Sequence record: OR637327.1
Length of the DNA stretch: 64,000 bases
DNA from: Klebsiella phage iPHaGe-KPN-11i
Direction: 5' to 3' (one strand)
The notes below the pieces were generated by a model that made no database searches, was not told the DNA's origin, and worked only from the letters and a program-made list of their open reading frames with translations. Shown piece by piece: positions 37,043 to 46,663 of this stretch (position 1 is the first letter of the stretch; each line of letters begins with the position of its first letter). The translations under genes were made by a program, and so were the position numbers.

Positions 37043-37736
37043 TCTTCTTTCCGTATGGTTTGAGATCCTGCAAAATACGCTTTTTCTCTTTGCCTAACAG
37101 TTTTTCGATATTCTCAACAGCGGTTAACTGAGTGTGCAGATCGAACAGGTTCGCAATCTGGTCTTCCTGCATTTTCAGTTCTGATTCCATGTTGATTTGA
37201 TAGATGCTACCACCACTAAACACATGTTGCAAGGCGAAACGAAGCATTGCATCAGATTTACGTACAGGCATCGGTGCGATGCTCAACGTTTCCAGGTTAG
37301 CCCCGAATGATGGATCGATGCGGAGATCGCGCAGAGGATTTTCCTGTACAGGGCGATACGTGAATTTAGGGATATCCATCAGACACAGATCCGAACCAGT
37401 GACACCAGCGGAAACCTCTTCGGGCGTTGCAATACGCATAACGTTTTCAGCCTCTACACCTTTACCCAGATTAACTTCTTCTGGTTCTTCTGAGGTGAAT
37501 TCACCATCTTCCTGCGTTACTTCCTTGAACCATTTCCATAGTGATGCAGGGAGTTCATATTCGTAACCACCGTCCATGATAAACGCGCGGTCTTCGAACT
37601 CACCGATCGAGGTGCGATCAATCGTCACGTAACCTTTTTCACGAATGATGTTTGCGATACCTGTTTTCCAGGTTTTCTCTGCAAAGATTTCAGGGGATAC
37701 GGTTAAACCGTAAGTTTTTCCAGCGAATAATTCCAT
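37002..37736 (-). CDS. hypothetical acidic protein (244 aa)
   Basis: The start is taken at the internal ATG with a gaggtaatcATG RBS, located after a terminator hairpin. The 3-prime end overlaps the grx gene by 41 nt. Confidence 0.45.
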   Translation of the reverse strand: MELFAGKTYGLTVSPEIFAEKTWKTGIANIIREKGYVTIDRTSIGEFEDRAFIMDGGYEYELPASLWKWFKEVTQEDGEFTSEEPEEVNLGKGVEAENVMRIATPEEVSAGVTGSDLCLMDIPKFTYRPVQENPLRDLRIDPSFGANLETLSIAPMPVRKSDAMLRFALQHVFSGGSIYQINMESELKMQEDQIANLFDLHTQLTAVENIEKLLGKEKKRILQDLKPYGKKNESRNLRHSRKSS

Positions 37737-37785
37737 GATTACCTCAAATAAAAAAGGGGATGCCCGTAAGCACCCCCGAATTATA

Positions 37786-38739
37786 TTACTTACGTGCAAG
37801 TTTTGCAAGTTTTGCAGCGGCTTCGCGAACTGCGCGAGCTTTCTGTGTGACAACTTCGATCGCTTTCTGGTGTTCTGCCAGTGCGTCTTCTACTGCCTGT
37901 GCAGCAGCGATGACCAGTTGATCGTGTTGCTGTTTGGAAATATCAACCGCCTGAACTGCTGGAGTGTTTGCCGGATTACCAGTACCCAGTTCACGGAAGA
38001 ATTTACGCTCACGGTGCATCACAAACGGGAGGCTACGTTCTTGCGTGATTGTCGCGTCACCGTCGCCGTCAACATTCGAAAACACCAGAACACCGTTGTT
38101 GTTTTTGATGTGTTGCACAATGCGTTTGTTCGCAGTGTGAGAGCGCAGGAAACCTGGTTCATCTAACAGAACATACGGACGGTCGGCAACAAAACAACCA
38201 GGCATCGCTTCTACGAGCGCTGGCTGTGGTGCAGCAGGTTTAGCAACAGACGGTTCGGTTACTGCCGGAGCGAGGTTAACACCACCATCCAGTTCAGAAT
38301 CCAGATCCGGTTTCGCTGGTGCAGGTGCAACAGACGGTTTGCCTACTGGTTTTGGCTTTTTAGCGCGTTTTGGCGCTGGGGCTTTAGCCGGAGCAACTTC
38401 TGTGAAGTATTTCGCTTCCCATGCACGAAGGGTGTTCATAGCGACACCTGCTGGAGCATTGAAGGTGTAACGATCACCATCACGCATTGTGATGCTTACA
38501 ACACCGTTCATGAATTTGTTGATCTGTTGCGCCTGGATGCGGTTAGCAACGTTTTTGCCGTTATCGGTGAAACCTTCGACATCAACCAGCTTGTAATCTT
38601 TACCAGTTTCGAAGCGGGTTTCTTTGGTTCTCACCGTCCACGGATGTGAACCGCTTCCTTTGGTGATGTTTTTCAGTGGGATCGACCACTTCCAGCAATA
38701 GTCACGGGCTTCTTTACGGGTTTTGAAATTCAGAATCAT
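37786..38739 (-). CDS. hypothetical protein with an Ala/Pro-rich linker and a C-terminal coiled coil
   Basis: The start is taken at the ATG with a gagagataatacc RBS. A central APAKAPAPKRAKKPKP low-complexity linker is present. Confidence 0.5.
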   Translation of the reverse strand: MILNFKTRKEARDYCWKWSIPLKNITKGSGSHPWTVRTKETRFETGKDYKLVDVEGFTDNGKNVANRIQAQQINKFMNGVVSITMRDGDRYTFNAPAGVAMNTLRAWEAKYFTEVAPAKAPAPKRAKKPKPVGKPSVAPAPAKPDLDSELDGGVNLAPAVTEPSVAKPAAPQPALVEAMPGCFVADRPYVLLDEPGFLRSHTANKRIVQHIKNNNGVLVFSNVDGDGDATITQERSLPFVMHRERKFFRELGTGNPANTPAVQAVDISKQQHDQLVIAAAQAVEDALAEHQKAIEVVTQKARAVREAAAKLAKLARK

Positions 38740-38743
38740 GGTA

Positions 38744-38905
38744 TTATCTCTCATAGAGGGCTTGCAATTTAGTAACAAATTCATCTTTGCTACGGGCTTT
38801 GATTACAACTTCCAGACGAGATTTGGCTTCTGCTTTTGCAGCGCCCAAACTCCAACCATACACATCAACCAGTTCACAGATTTCTTTGATGATTGCGTTT
38901 TTCAT
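38744..38905 (-). CDS. hypothetical protein (53 aa)
   Basis: An internal ATG with a gaggacgagaaaATG RBS. Confidence 0.4.
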   Translation of the reverse strand: MKNAIIKEICELVDVYGWSLGAAKAEAKSRLEVVIKARSKDEFVTKLQALYER

Positions 38906-38961
38906 TTTCTCGTCCTCAAGTTTGTTTCGATGTGGATATCTTAACAGAACTACCAACCAGG

Positions 38962-39453
38962 TCAAGCGATATTTTTAATTTCGATGGAATTCTTTTTGAA
39001 CTCAATCATTCGCTGATTATCCGAACCGCGAAACGGTTTCTTAGTCGGTAGATCCTTTTCGTACCGTCCATCGATCAGAACATCAATGAATGGTAGCAGC
39101 TTAGAGCGTTCTGTATCGCCCTGTAAGGCTTCGAGGGTGTAACCCGTCCAAATCCACACATCTTTATCAGGGAACGTCGCACGGACGCGCTGGAGCAGTT
39201 TTAAGAGCGTTGGATGATTGGTGCGGTAAAACGGATCGCCGCCTGTAAGCGTCAACCCGTCCACATGGGGATTTGAAAGGAGTTTAATCAACTCGTTTTC
39301 AGTCTCTTCGGTATATGGTGTACCGTTGCGGGGATTCCATGTACTACGGTTATAGCAACCTTCGCATTTATGATTGCAGCCAGTGACAAACAACACTACA
39401 CGGATTCCTTTACCGTTAACCACATCCATGTTATAGATGCGGTCAAAGTTCAT
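38962..39453 (-). CDS. nrdG: anaerobic ribonucleotide reductase activating protein (NrdG, radical SAM)
   Basis: A CNHKCEGCYN CxxxCxxC cluster is present and the ~160 aa size fits. Confidence 0.85.
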   Translation of the reverse strand: MNFDRIYNMDVVNGKGIRVVLFVTGCNHKCEGCYNRSTWNPRNGTPYTEETENELIKLLSNPHVDGLTLTGGDPFYRTNHPTLLKLLQRVRATFPDKDVWIWTGYTLEALQGDTERSKLLPFIDVLIDGRYEKDLPTKKPFRGSDNQRMIEFKKNSIEIKNIA

Positions 39454-39511
39454 CAGCCTTTCTCCCCTGGGAACAGATTGTTCAGCGCTTGGGTATCTAA
39501 TTTCATTTGAA

Positions 39512-39706
39512 TCATTTTATAGTGCCTTTCTTCTCAAGGACCAGTTCTTTGATCCTTTCCACGATTACGGCGTATTCCCAGTTGGCTAACTTCTGGGTAT
39601 CACACCACTGTTGAAAATCCTTCATTGCTTTTACGTGACCTTCTTTCCAGTAAGTCACCGCGATTTCGTTGCAAAGATTTTCAGTAGCAGTATTTTTGAT
39701 TTTCAT
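39512..39706 (-). CDS. hypothetical protein
   Basis: A 64 aa ORF. Confidence 0.4.
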   Translation of the reverse strand: MKIKNTATENLCNEIAVTYWKEGHVKAMKDFQQWCDTQKLANWEYAVIVERIKELVLEKKGTIK

Positions 39707-39775
39707 GATTTAGCCCCTATAGTTTGTTGTCTACAGGGGCATATTATAACATCATGCGTCGTCCGTCAACTCTTT
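39707..39775 (-). promoter_or_regulatory. early promoter plus hairpin leader (diverged PeSL copy)
   Basis: On the - strand: aaaaagagTTGACGG, about 15-16 nt, TATAAT, then the hairpin gcccctgtagacaacaaactataggggc. It is related to the cassette at 1405 (gtagacaac-aaac leader). Confidence 0.45.
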
Positions 39776-40035
39776 TTGAATCCGACATAATACGCATCAG
39801 ATCCATTCCATGTGGAGGCGTTAACGCTACCCAACAGAACACGACAAGGCATATTATTATGCGCAGACTCTACAACCTGGGAGACTGAATCCAGCGGATT
39901 GCTACCAGACACCCAGCGGAGCAGATGACGATCATCACCGTTAATCGGATCAACGAATTCAAAGCTGATACCGTTTTCAATCAGTTCGTGCAGAAGAAAG
40001 TTTATCGCTTTGCATTGCGCTTTGTTGATCAGCAT
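39766..40035 (-). CDS. hypothetical protein
   Basis: An 89 aa ORF. Confidence 0.4.
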   Translation of the reverse strand: MLINKAQCKAINFLLHELIENGISFEFVDPINGDDRHLLRWVSGSNPLDSVSQVVESAHNNMPCRVLLGSVNASTWNGSDAYYVGFKKS

Positions 40036-40976
40036 AAATCACCTACCAGATCTTTATCAATTTTGGTGTATGTGAGCGCCGGATCATACTTCTCCAGCAC
40101 GTTCTTTTTGCACGAATGGATGAATTTTTCCATTGCGCGGGCTTTCATCAACACTTTGAAATCTTCACCAAAGCATTGTTTGACTGTGGGAATTGCACGA
40201 GCCGCTTTGTCACAATCAATGATCAGCTTGTATTCGCCTTGTGTTGTGGCGACTACCATTGAAATCAGAACACAACCATCAAATCCTTTTTCATTGATTT
40301 TATGGAAGTTCAGCTTATCCGTAGTGCTTGCCAGGTTCGCATAACGATCCCCGCGAATGTTACCCGGAGAACTATACCGAGAAACGTTGATTGAAGGAAT
40401 ACGAATATCTTCAACGATATCACATGACGCAACAGCTTCAACGAAATCAAGAATTCTGGTCGCTTTGATGACATGCGCCTTAAACGAACCGACTTCTAAC
40501 TCATATTCATCTTTCCAGCCTGAATAGTAGTCAACAGCAGGGCTAATCGCTTTCATGAGCGCTTCGGGAATGTCAATGTGCCATAACTGTTCTGCGTACT
40601 GTTTGCGCCAGTCTGGATACGTTTTACGTGCTGGTTTGAATGCACTACCGCCGTCTTCGAACATCATTTCTTTCCTCTCTTTTTCGTAAATGTCGTACAC
40701 ACTTCTTCGTTCGTAAGCGTCTTTTAGGTTGCTGTTTACTATACTATCATGCGTCAGTTCTTCGCAATACTTTTTATCCCATTCAGAACACGCATGATCA
40801 ACCATTTCCTGAAAAACGCGCTGTGGAACATTCCCATCCACAAGAATCCTCAATAAGCGATCAGTATCATCATTCGGTAAAGTATGAAAGTTTTTAGGAA
40901 GTTTAACATAGAAGTTTCTCGCACGAGAAATCAACCATTCTTCACCGCGATCACGTTCAATAGTGTAATCGTACAT
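40029..40976 (-). CDS. hypothetical protein (315 aa)
   Basis: An ORF with a terminator upstream. Confidence 0.5.
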   Translation of the reverse strand: MYDYTIERDRGEEWLISRARNFYVKLPKNFHTLPNDDTDRLLRILVDGNVPQRVFQEMVDHACSEWDKKYCEELTHDSIVNSNLKDAYERRSVYDIYEKERKEMMFEDGGSAFKPARKTYPDWRKQYAEQLWHIDIPEALMKAISPAVDYYSGWKDEYELEVGSFKAHVIKATRILDFVEAVASCDIVEDIRIPSINVSRYSSPGNIRGDRYANLASTTDKLNFHKINEKGFDGCVLISMVVATTQGEYKLIIDCDKAARAIPTVKQCFGEDFKVLMKARAMEKFIHSCKKNVLEKYDPALTYTKIDKDLVGDLC

Positions 40977-41005
40977 AGCAAAAAAGGGGCTTTCGCCCCT
41001 TCCTC

Positions 41006-41602
41006 TTATTTCGCGTTCAGGGAGTCGATGTAAGCGCTAACGTCAGCGGAGGTTACAGAAGCGGCATTTTTGCCACCCAGCAACACATCAATCTTCGTCA
41101 CGATGGTATCGACGCTTACGGAGGTGTGGCCTACAGCGGCGATCACGTCTTCCGGTACAGTCAGACCCAGACTTTCGGTTTGCTTGTTCAGTTCGATGAT
41201 CTCCAGGTTGATTTTGACATCAGCCAGTTTGCGATCCAGTTCGACGACAGAGAGATCAATCTCTTTGTTCATCCCTTCCAGTTCTTCGATCTTCGTCTGC
41301 AAGCCCTGCCAGATGTTACGATGTTGCAGCGCCAGCACATAATGACTGTTGGACACTTCCTGCCCCGCCGCCAGCAGTTTTTTGATCTCCGACTCTTTAC
41401 CAGTGTGAAGGTCTTTGTGTTCTTTGACTTTCTTTTTCAACTTCACGATTTCCTGAACAGCAGAAACGCGAGTATGTTGCAGACGGTCGATCTCTTTGAT
41501 CAGGATACGTGCAGCACTGCGCCAGGCTTCTTCTGGGGAAGTGTTTTGTTCAATTGCAGTTTCAACTTTACCAGTCACGAATGCTACGATTTTCTTGAAC
41601 AT
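41006..41602 (-). CDS. PspA/IM30 (Vipp1, ESCRT-III-like) family coiled-coil protein
   Basis: The N-terminal MFKKIVAFVTGKVETAIEQNTSPEEAWRSAARILIKEIDRLQHTRVSAVQEI aligns with the PspA [35 protein letters not shown]..R...A pattern. The rest is predicted coiled coil, and the ~200 aa size fits. Confidence 0.5.
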   Translation of the reverse strand: MFKKIVAFVTGKVETAIEQNTSPEEAWRSAARILIKEIDRLQHTRVSAVQEIVKLKKKVKEHKDLHTGKESEIKKLLAAGQEVSNSHYVLALQHRNIWQGLQTKIEELEGMNKEIDLSVVELDRKLADVKINLEIIELNKQTESLGLTVPEDVIAAVGHTSVSVDTIVTKIDVLLGGKNAASVTSADVSAYIDSLNAK

Positions 41603-41611
41603 AATTTTACC

Positions 41612-42112
41612 TTATTTTATTTCAAATTGATTGGTGAACCATTCAGGGGCTTTAACAACTTTCCCCTCTCTGATATAACCGATTTTACATAGTTCGTTGG
41701 TCAAGTCAAGTCTTTTTCCACCCACCATGTAAAATTTTAATCTGCTTACTGGGATCACCGGACGGATAACGTCACGATAGCCAAAATTCGAGCTACGCAC
41801 CACTATAGAGAGCATACGCAAACGGTTGATACATCCGGTATACGAACGCCCAGTAGCGCGGGAGAAGTCCTCCAGCGTAACGCCAGGGGCAATAGCACCT
41901 ATCAGATCAAGATAATCCTTTTCAACCCAGAACCGCCCGACAGAACATTTCGATACACCCTCAGCCATTTTTGCGTTTGGGTGTTTCTCGTCTTCGCGCT
42001 TCTTCTTGTCCTCAAGGAACTTATTGAACCGGATTTCTTCGAGTCGGTTTTCTCTTTCTACCCGTGCGCGTACACGGGAGGGAAACAGAGTATCAAGGAT
42101 TTTCCCGATCAT
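41612..42112 (-). CDS. hypothetical protein with a putative HTH
   Basis: A 166 aa ORF. The segment TLEDFSRATGRSYTGCINRLRML is HTH-like. Confidence 0.4.
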   Translation of the reverse strand: MIGKILDTLFPSRVRARVERENRLEEIRFNKFLEDKKKREDEKHPNAKMAEGVSKCSVGRFWVEKDYLDLIGAIAPGVTLEDFSRATGRSYTGCINRLRMLSIVVRSSNFGYRDVIRPVIPVSRLKFYMVGGKRLDLTNELCKIGYIREGKVVKAPEWFTNQFEIK

Positions 42113-42351
42113 ATCGTTGGCTTTCCGTTTGGTAGTTTCAGATCGAAAGGAACGTTCACAGGTCGGACGGTTTCTAATTGGAGATATTGTTCCATCCCCA
42201 CACGCTTACCACCTACTTTGTTATAACGAATGTTCTTTCCGTCATAGCCTACAGCCTGTGAAATGTAGTAGTGTTTAGTTTCGCGTAAACACTCCATCCA
42301 TTCTTGTGTTCCGGTTTTGTTGCGTACCCGCGCCTTTAATGGAAACATCAT
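42109..42351 (-). CDS. hypothetical protein
   Basis: An 80 aa ORF. Confidence 0.4.
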   Translation of the reverse strand: MMFPLKARVRNKTGTQEWMECLRETKHYYISQAVGYDGKNIRYNKVGGKRVGMEQYLQLETVRPVNVPFDLKLPNGKPTI

Positions 42352-42836
42352 TCACCCCGTAGAACTTTCAGTTCACCAGACAAACGCTGTAGATTGGCGG
42401 TTGCAGTATCGTAACGTTTTTCGGTGTCTTTCAGGGTAGTTTCCCGCGCCTTACGCAAGAATTTTTCCAGATCACCTGGTTTCGTCACCAGCTTACCATC
42501 TACGTAAATTCGTCCCAGCAGGTGAGAACAATCCAGCAGTTGTTGCGCGTCGGCTTTTTCAACAGCAGGTTTAAGCGCGACAAACTTTTTAAAGAATCCG
42601 CGATCCTCGTTATCAAACAGATACGAATCTTCGGAATACCATGTTGTGCCATTGGCATCAACGATCCCATTAACACCTTTCCGATCGCAGTGCGTTACCT
42701 TAATCGGAAACACAACAGATGAAAGTTGATTAGGCGATAGAGGACTACCACGCAAAGCTAAATTGCGATACACAGTCCCAAAACTTTCTTCATCGCGAAA
42801 TTCAAAATAGTCTTTTGTCCAGTACATCATTTTCAA
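42348..42836 (-). CDS. hypothetical protein
   Basis: A 162 aa ORF. Confidence 0.45.
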   Translation of the reverse strand: MKMMYWTKDYFEFRDEESFGTVYRNLALRGSPLSPNQLSSVVFPIKVTHCDRKGVNGIVDANGTTWYSEDSYLFDNEDRGFFKKFVALKPAVEKADAQQLLDCSHLLGRIYVDGKLVTKPGDLEKFLRKARETTLKDTEKRYDTATANLQRLSGELKVLRGE

Positions 42837-42840
42837 TACC

Positions 42841-42900
42841 TCATAGTTTCGTTATGTGCAATATAACAAAAGCCCCTCACTTTCGCAAGGGGCTTTTTGA
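42841..42900 (-). promoter_or_regulatory. PeSL-type cassette on the - strand (NrdD terminator plus promoter plus aacgaaac leader)
   Basis: On the - strand the hairpin aaaaagcccCTTGCGaaagtgaggggctttt carries a -35 TTGCGA, followed by a 17 nt spacer, a -10 TATATT and the leader gcacataacgaaac. Confidence 0.5.
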
Positions 42901-45024
42901 TTAATTTTGATGCTTAGTTCGGTGCATCATTTCTTTGTTCTTACCTTCGTTGAAACCACGAACCGCAGGAGCACCCAGATAACCGCATGTACGGCGCGTG
43001 ACGCTCATTTTAGCCGGATCGTGATTGCCGCAGTGCTTACAGTGGAAACCTTCTTCTGTAGGCGTGAACTCGTCATCAGAGCCACATACAAAGCACTTAT
43101 CGACCGGAAGGTTAGTTCCGAAGTAATCCAGTTTATCCATCGCATAATCCCAGACTTTTTCCAGGGCTTGCAGATTGTTTTTCATATCAGGAAATTCAAC
43201 ATAACTGATATGACCAGCAGTAGCGATGTAATGATAATCGGCTTCATAGTCGATTTTCTCGAACGGTGTTACCTTGCGGTCAACGTCCAGATGGAAACTG
43301 TTTGTGTACCAGCCTTTATCCGTGACACCTTTGACGCTTCCGAACTTCTCAAAGTCCAGCTTACAGAAGCGATGGCAGAGAGATTCCGCAGGGGTTGAAT
43401 ACAGGCTGAAACCATATCCTGTTTTCTTCTTCCATGCTTCGGTTGCAGCGCGGAGATATTCAATGATCAATCGACCTAATTTCTGGGAGCCGATACGATC
43501 GAATGGATGCTGGCCTGAGCCAAACATCAACAGCGTTTCATGCAGTCCAATATAACCCAGACTGATAGAGCTACGCCCATTTTTGAACAGTTCCAGAATT
43601 TCATCATCCGGTTTCAGTCGGACACCAAAAGCACCTTCTGTGTACAGGATCGGCGCAACACTGGCTTTAACACCGCGTAGGCTTTCGATACGAGTCATCA
43701 GGGCTTCAAAACACAGTTCCAGACGTTCATCAAGGATGCGCCAGAATGCGTCGTGCGCGTCTTCTTCTTCCTGTGCTTCTGCTTCAATAGCGATGCGTGG
43801 GAGGTTGATTGTCACCACACCCAGGTTATTACGTCCATCAAGAATTTCATTACCGTTATCATCATGCCACACGCTAAGGAAACTGCGACAACCCATAGGA
43901 GATACAGGAACGCTAGAACCAGTAATAGCACGGTTGTTAGCTGAACTAATGATATCTGGGTACATGCGTTTAGAAGCACATTCCAGGGCAAGTTGTTTGA
44001 TGTCATAGTTGCGATCCTCTGGATCAAGGTTGATTCCTTTTTCCATGAACATAACCAGTTTCGGGAATACCGGAGTGATACCCTCTTTACCCAGGCCGCG
44101 AATACGGTTTTTCAGAATCGCTTTCTGGATCATGCGTTCACATCGGGATTGACCAGTACCGAACGTAATTGTAACAAACGGGGTTTGACCGTTCGCAGTA
44201 TGCAGGGTGTTTACTTCGTATTCATATGACTGAAACGCGTCGAAAACATCCTTTTCAGTTTTATCTATTGCATACTGAACATCACGAGGGATTTGATACT
44301 TTTTGGCATCTTTAAAGTGCTTATCATATGTCATTTGAACATATGGAGCCAGCACTTTATCCACGTTCGCAAAGGTTGTCCCGCCGTACTGGTGAGAGGC
44401 AATCTGTGCGGTGATCTGCGCCATAAGAGCGGTAGCAACACCGATCGATTTAGGCGGTTCAATATCCGCGTTACCCATCTTGAAACCTTTCTCCAGCATA
44501 CCTTTCAGGTCAACCAGACAGCAGTTAGTGTAAGGGGTGAACGGGCTATAGTCCAGATCGTGATAGTGGATATCGCCGGAATCATGTGCTTCTACGATGT
44601 GTTTCGGAAGGATATGATTACGGGCGAAATGCTTCGCTACGATACCAGCCAGCAAATCGCGCTGTGTCGGAAATACCCTTGCGTCTTTGTTCGCGTTCTC
44701 GTTGGTGATCTCTTTGTTGGTCAGATTCACCATGCCGGAGATATCTTTGAACAGCTTGCTTTTCTGTTCACGGGCAATATCGCGTTCGTGGCGATATTCG
44801 ATGTATGCACGGGCGACCGCTGGGTTCGTTTTCATCAGGGATTCTTCAACGAGTTCCTGGATACGGGCGATCTTCATTGCGCTACCATCACGGATCTGAT
44901 TGTACTGAACCAGCATGATTGCGGCATCAGCATCCGTCATAGTCCCGCCAGCTTTTTCTACAGCAATACGGATTTTTTCTTTATCGAAATCGACGTTTTT
45001 ACCGTCGCGTTTTTCTACTTTCAT
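42901..45024 (-). CDS. nrdD: anaerobic ribonucleoside-triphosphate reductase (NrdD)
   Basis: An ATP-cone N-terminus and the glycyl-radical motif RRTCGYLG near the C-terminus are present. The ORF is an intact 707 aa. Confidence 0.9.
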   Translation of the reverse strand: MKVEKRDGKNVDFDKEKIRIAVEKAGGTMTDADAAIMLVQYNQIRDGSAMKIARIQELVEESLMKTNPAVARAYIEYRHERDIAREQKSKLFKDISGMVNLTNKEITNENANKDARVFPTQRDLLAGIVAKHFARNHILPKHIVEAHDSGDIHYHDLDYSPFTPYTNCCLVDLKGMLEKGFKMGNADIEPPKSIGVATALMAQITAQIASHQYGGTTFANVDKVLAPYVQMTYDKHFKDAKKYQIPRDVQYAIDKTEKDVFDAFQSYEYEVNTLHTANGQTPFVTITFGTGQSRCERMIQKAILKNRIRGLGKEGITPVFPKLVMFMEKGINLDPEDRNYDIKQLALECASKRMYPDIISSANNRAITGSSVPVSPMGCRSFLSVWHDDNGNEILDGRNNLGVVTINLPRIAIEAEAQEEEDAHDAFWRILDERLELCFEALMTRIESLRGVKASVAPILYTEGAFGVRLKPDDEILELFKNGRSSISLGYIGLHETLLMFGSGQHPFDRIGSQKLGRLIIEYLRAATEAWKKKTGYGFSLYSTPAESLCHRFCKLDFEKFGSVKGVTDKGWYTNSFHLDVDRKVTPFEKIDYEADYHYIATAGHISYVEFPDMKNNLQALEKVWDYAMDKLDYFGTNLPVDKCFVCGSDDEFTPTEEGFHCKHCGNHDPAKMSVTRRTCGYLGAPAVRGFNEGKNKEMMHRTKHQN

Positions 45025-45503
45025 TTCGTTGCCTTCATTAATTGCTTTCTATATTTTGCGGTTAAGGCTTTGCGTTCGTCTTTGTCGGCGTACTCGAAGC
45101 CCATAGAAACCATTTCGGCAATCATATCAGGTTTGGTAAGTCTTGAAAACCATTTTACCTTATCTGGTATGAATTTGTCATGAATACGGTTTTCGGAATA
45201 GTCTTGTTTCAGATATGCAAGCAAGTTCTCTAACCACTGGATGTAATCAACATCACGGGACACCAGACCGGATCTGTTGAATTTGTGCTTCACAATACCT
45301 TCTGTACCGTTGCATAGGTTACACAGTAGGCCGCGCACACGTCCGGCGTTTTCGCCGTCTAAAGCATGGTCATGGTCAAGGTGATGTTTCTCGATCTCGC
45401 CCTCCAGGGGACGTTTACAGATAGCACAACAGCCCCCTTGTTTTTCAAAGAGAGCTTGCTTGATAGTTGGGTAGTCTTTTTTGGTAATTCGTTTCGTCAG
45501 CAT
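45021..45503 (-). CDS. 49: recombination endonuclease VII (gp49)
   Basis: NHLDHDHxLxGxxAGxVRGLLCNLCNxxEGxxKHKFNRSGL matches T4 endo VII. Confidence 0.9.
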   Translation of the reverse strand: MLTKRITKKDYPTIKQALFEKQGGCCAICKRPLEGEIEKHHLDHDHALDGENAGRVRGLLCNLCNGTEGIVKHKFNRSGLVSRDVDYIQWLENLLAYLKQDYSENRIHDKFIPDKVKWFSRLTKPDMIAEMVSMGFEYADKDERKALTAKYRKQLMKATK

Positions 45504-45535
45504 AATAACACCATTCAGTAAGGTGTCATTATTTA

Positions 45536-45805
45536 TTACAGGGTGCGGACGTACTCACGAAGTTGGTCGAACCCGCCTACGTGTTTCCCGTCATGGAAAA
45601 TCTGAGGCATGGTCATCCGGCGCGTACCAACAAGCGCTTCGAGTTCATCGATCACCGCTTCGTTCAGTACAGGTTTACCGTCTTCCACGGAATCCGCAAC
45701 AGACACGAACTCATACGGATGTTTTTTCGCGTCCAGCAAGCGCTTTGAGTTCAGGCACGGAGCGCAGTTATACACAGAAGGGATATAGCCATAAATTTTA
45801 AACAT
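45536..45805 (-). CDS. nrdC: thioredoxin/glutaredoxin (NrdC-like)
   Basis: MFKIYGY..NCAPC...LL....PQIF..GKHVGGFDQLREY matches T4 NrdC. Confidence 0.8.
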   Translation of the reverse strand: MFKIYGYIPSVYNCAPCLNSKRLLDAKKHPYEFVSVADSVEDGKPVLNEAVIDELEALVGTRRMTMPQIFHDGKHVGGFDQLREYVRTL

Positions 45806-45811
45806 GTTAAC

Positions 45812-46663
45812 CTACATTAAATCGTTCAGTGTTAAAGGGAATGTATTTACGTCGCGTTTCTGGTAGTTGCACACGTAGACTTCTTGCGTTTTGTTTTGCT
45901 CGTAAGAGTCGGTATGCTGGCCTAACAGATACTTTTTATCCAGATTATGAACGCGGTATTTCTGCATCCATTCAATCAGGATATCATTTTGTTTTCCGGC
46001 ATGGTGAGTCACGTTGGACAAACCAAACCAAATACCCCGCTCATGCAGGGAGTCAAGGAAAGCATATAACTCGCGTTCGTGATCTGCGTTCCAGAATTTG
46101 TTATACACCGCATCAGTGATCAGATACGGAGGATCGCAATAAACAAAATCGTTATCGTTGATTTCAATATCAGAGTATGAACCAGAACGAAATTCAATTC
46201 CTGTCACATTCTTTTTGAAATGTTCGAAACGTTTTTCTGTCATAAAGTTGAGGGTTCGTTTTCCTACAGCAGCGTTAAAATCGCCTTTGTCGTTTGTCCG
46301 GTTAACGTTGCTGAATGAATGCAGGATCAGGACATAGAGCCATAAAGGATCTTTATTCTGGTTGTATTCATCACGGAATTTCAGATACTCTTCTTTCTTG
46401 TCTTTCCCCAGCCCCTTCGATGCAATCAATTCTCTCACCGGAGACAGGTCAGGAAGCGTTTTAAGACGTTCATACATATCAATCAGCGTCTTATCGTAAT
46501 CGTTGCTTAGAACTGGTTTAGGGACGTTTAACGACACACTAAGGCCACCACAAAAACAATCAATGAAACGCATGTATGAACTTCTTTCGGGGAACAGCTT
46601 GAATAGTTCAGGTAATAGCGATTGCTTGTTACCTGTATACGGAATAACACCCAAATAACTCAT
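45812..46663 (-). CDS. dam: DNA adenine methyltransferase (T4 Dam-like, GATC family)
   Basis: YTGNKQSLLPEL, FCGGLSVSLN and the DPPY motif (VYCDPPYLIT) match T4 Dam closely. Confidence 0.9.
   Translation of the reverse strand: MSYLGVIPYTGNKQSLLPELFKLFPERSSYMRFIDCFCGGLSVSLNVPKPVLSNDYDKTLIDMYERLKTLPDLSPVRELIASKGLGKDKKEEYLKFRDEYNQNKDPLWLYVLILHSFSNVNRTNDKGDFNAAVGKRTLNFMTEKRFEHFKKNVTGIEFRSGSYSDIEINDNDFVYCDPPYLITDAVYNKFWNADHERELYAFLDSLHERGIWFGLSNVTHHAGKQNDILIEWMQKYRVHNLDKKYLLGQHTDSYEQNKTQEVYVCNYQKRDVNTFPLTLNDLM

Noticed and set aside
42901-45024. Group I intron or intein in nrdD (as in T4 sunY), or a split gene 39/60 with translational bypass
   Set aside because: nrdD is a single uninterrupted 707 aa ORF with an intact glycyl-radical motif. 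Gene 39 is a single 629 aa ORF. No interruption is visible.
44293-45183. A 296 aa ORF on the + strand inside nrdD/gp49
   Set aside because: It is antisense to two well-supported genes and has no start context, so it is spurious.
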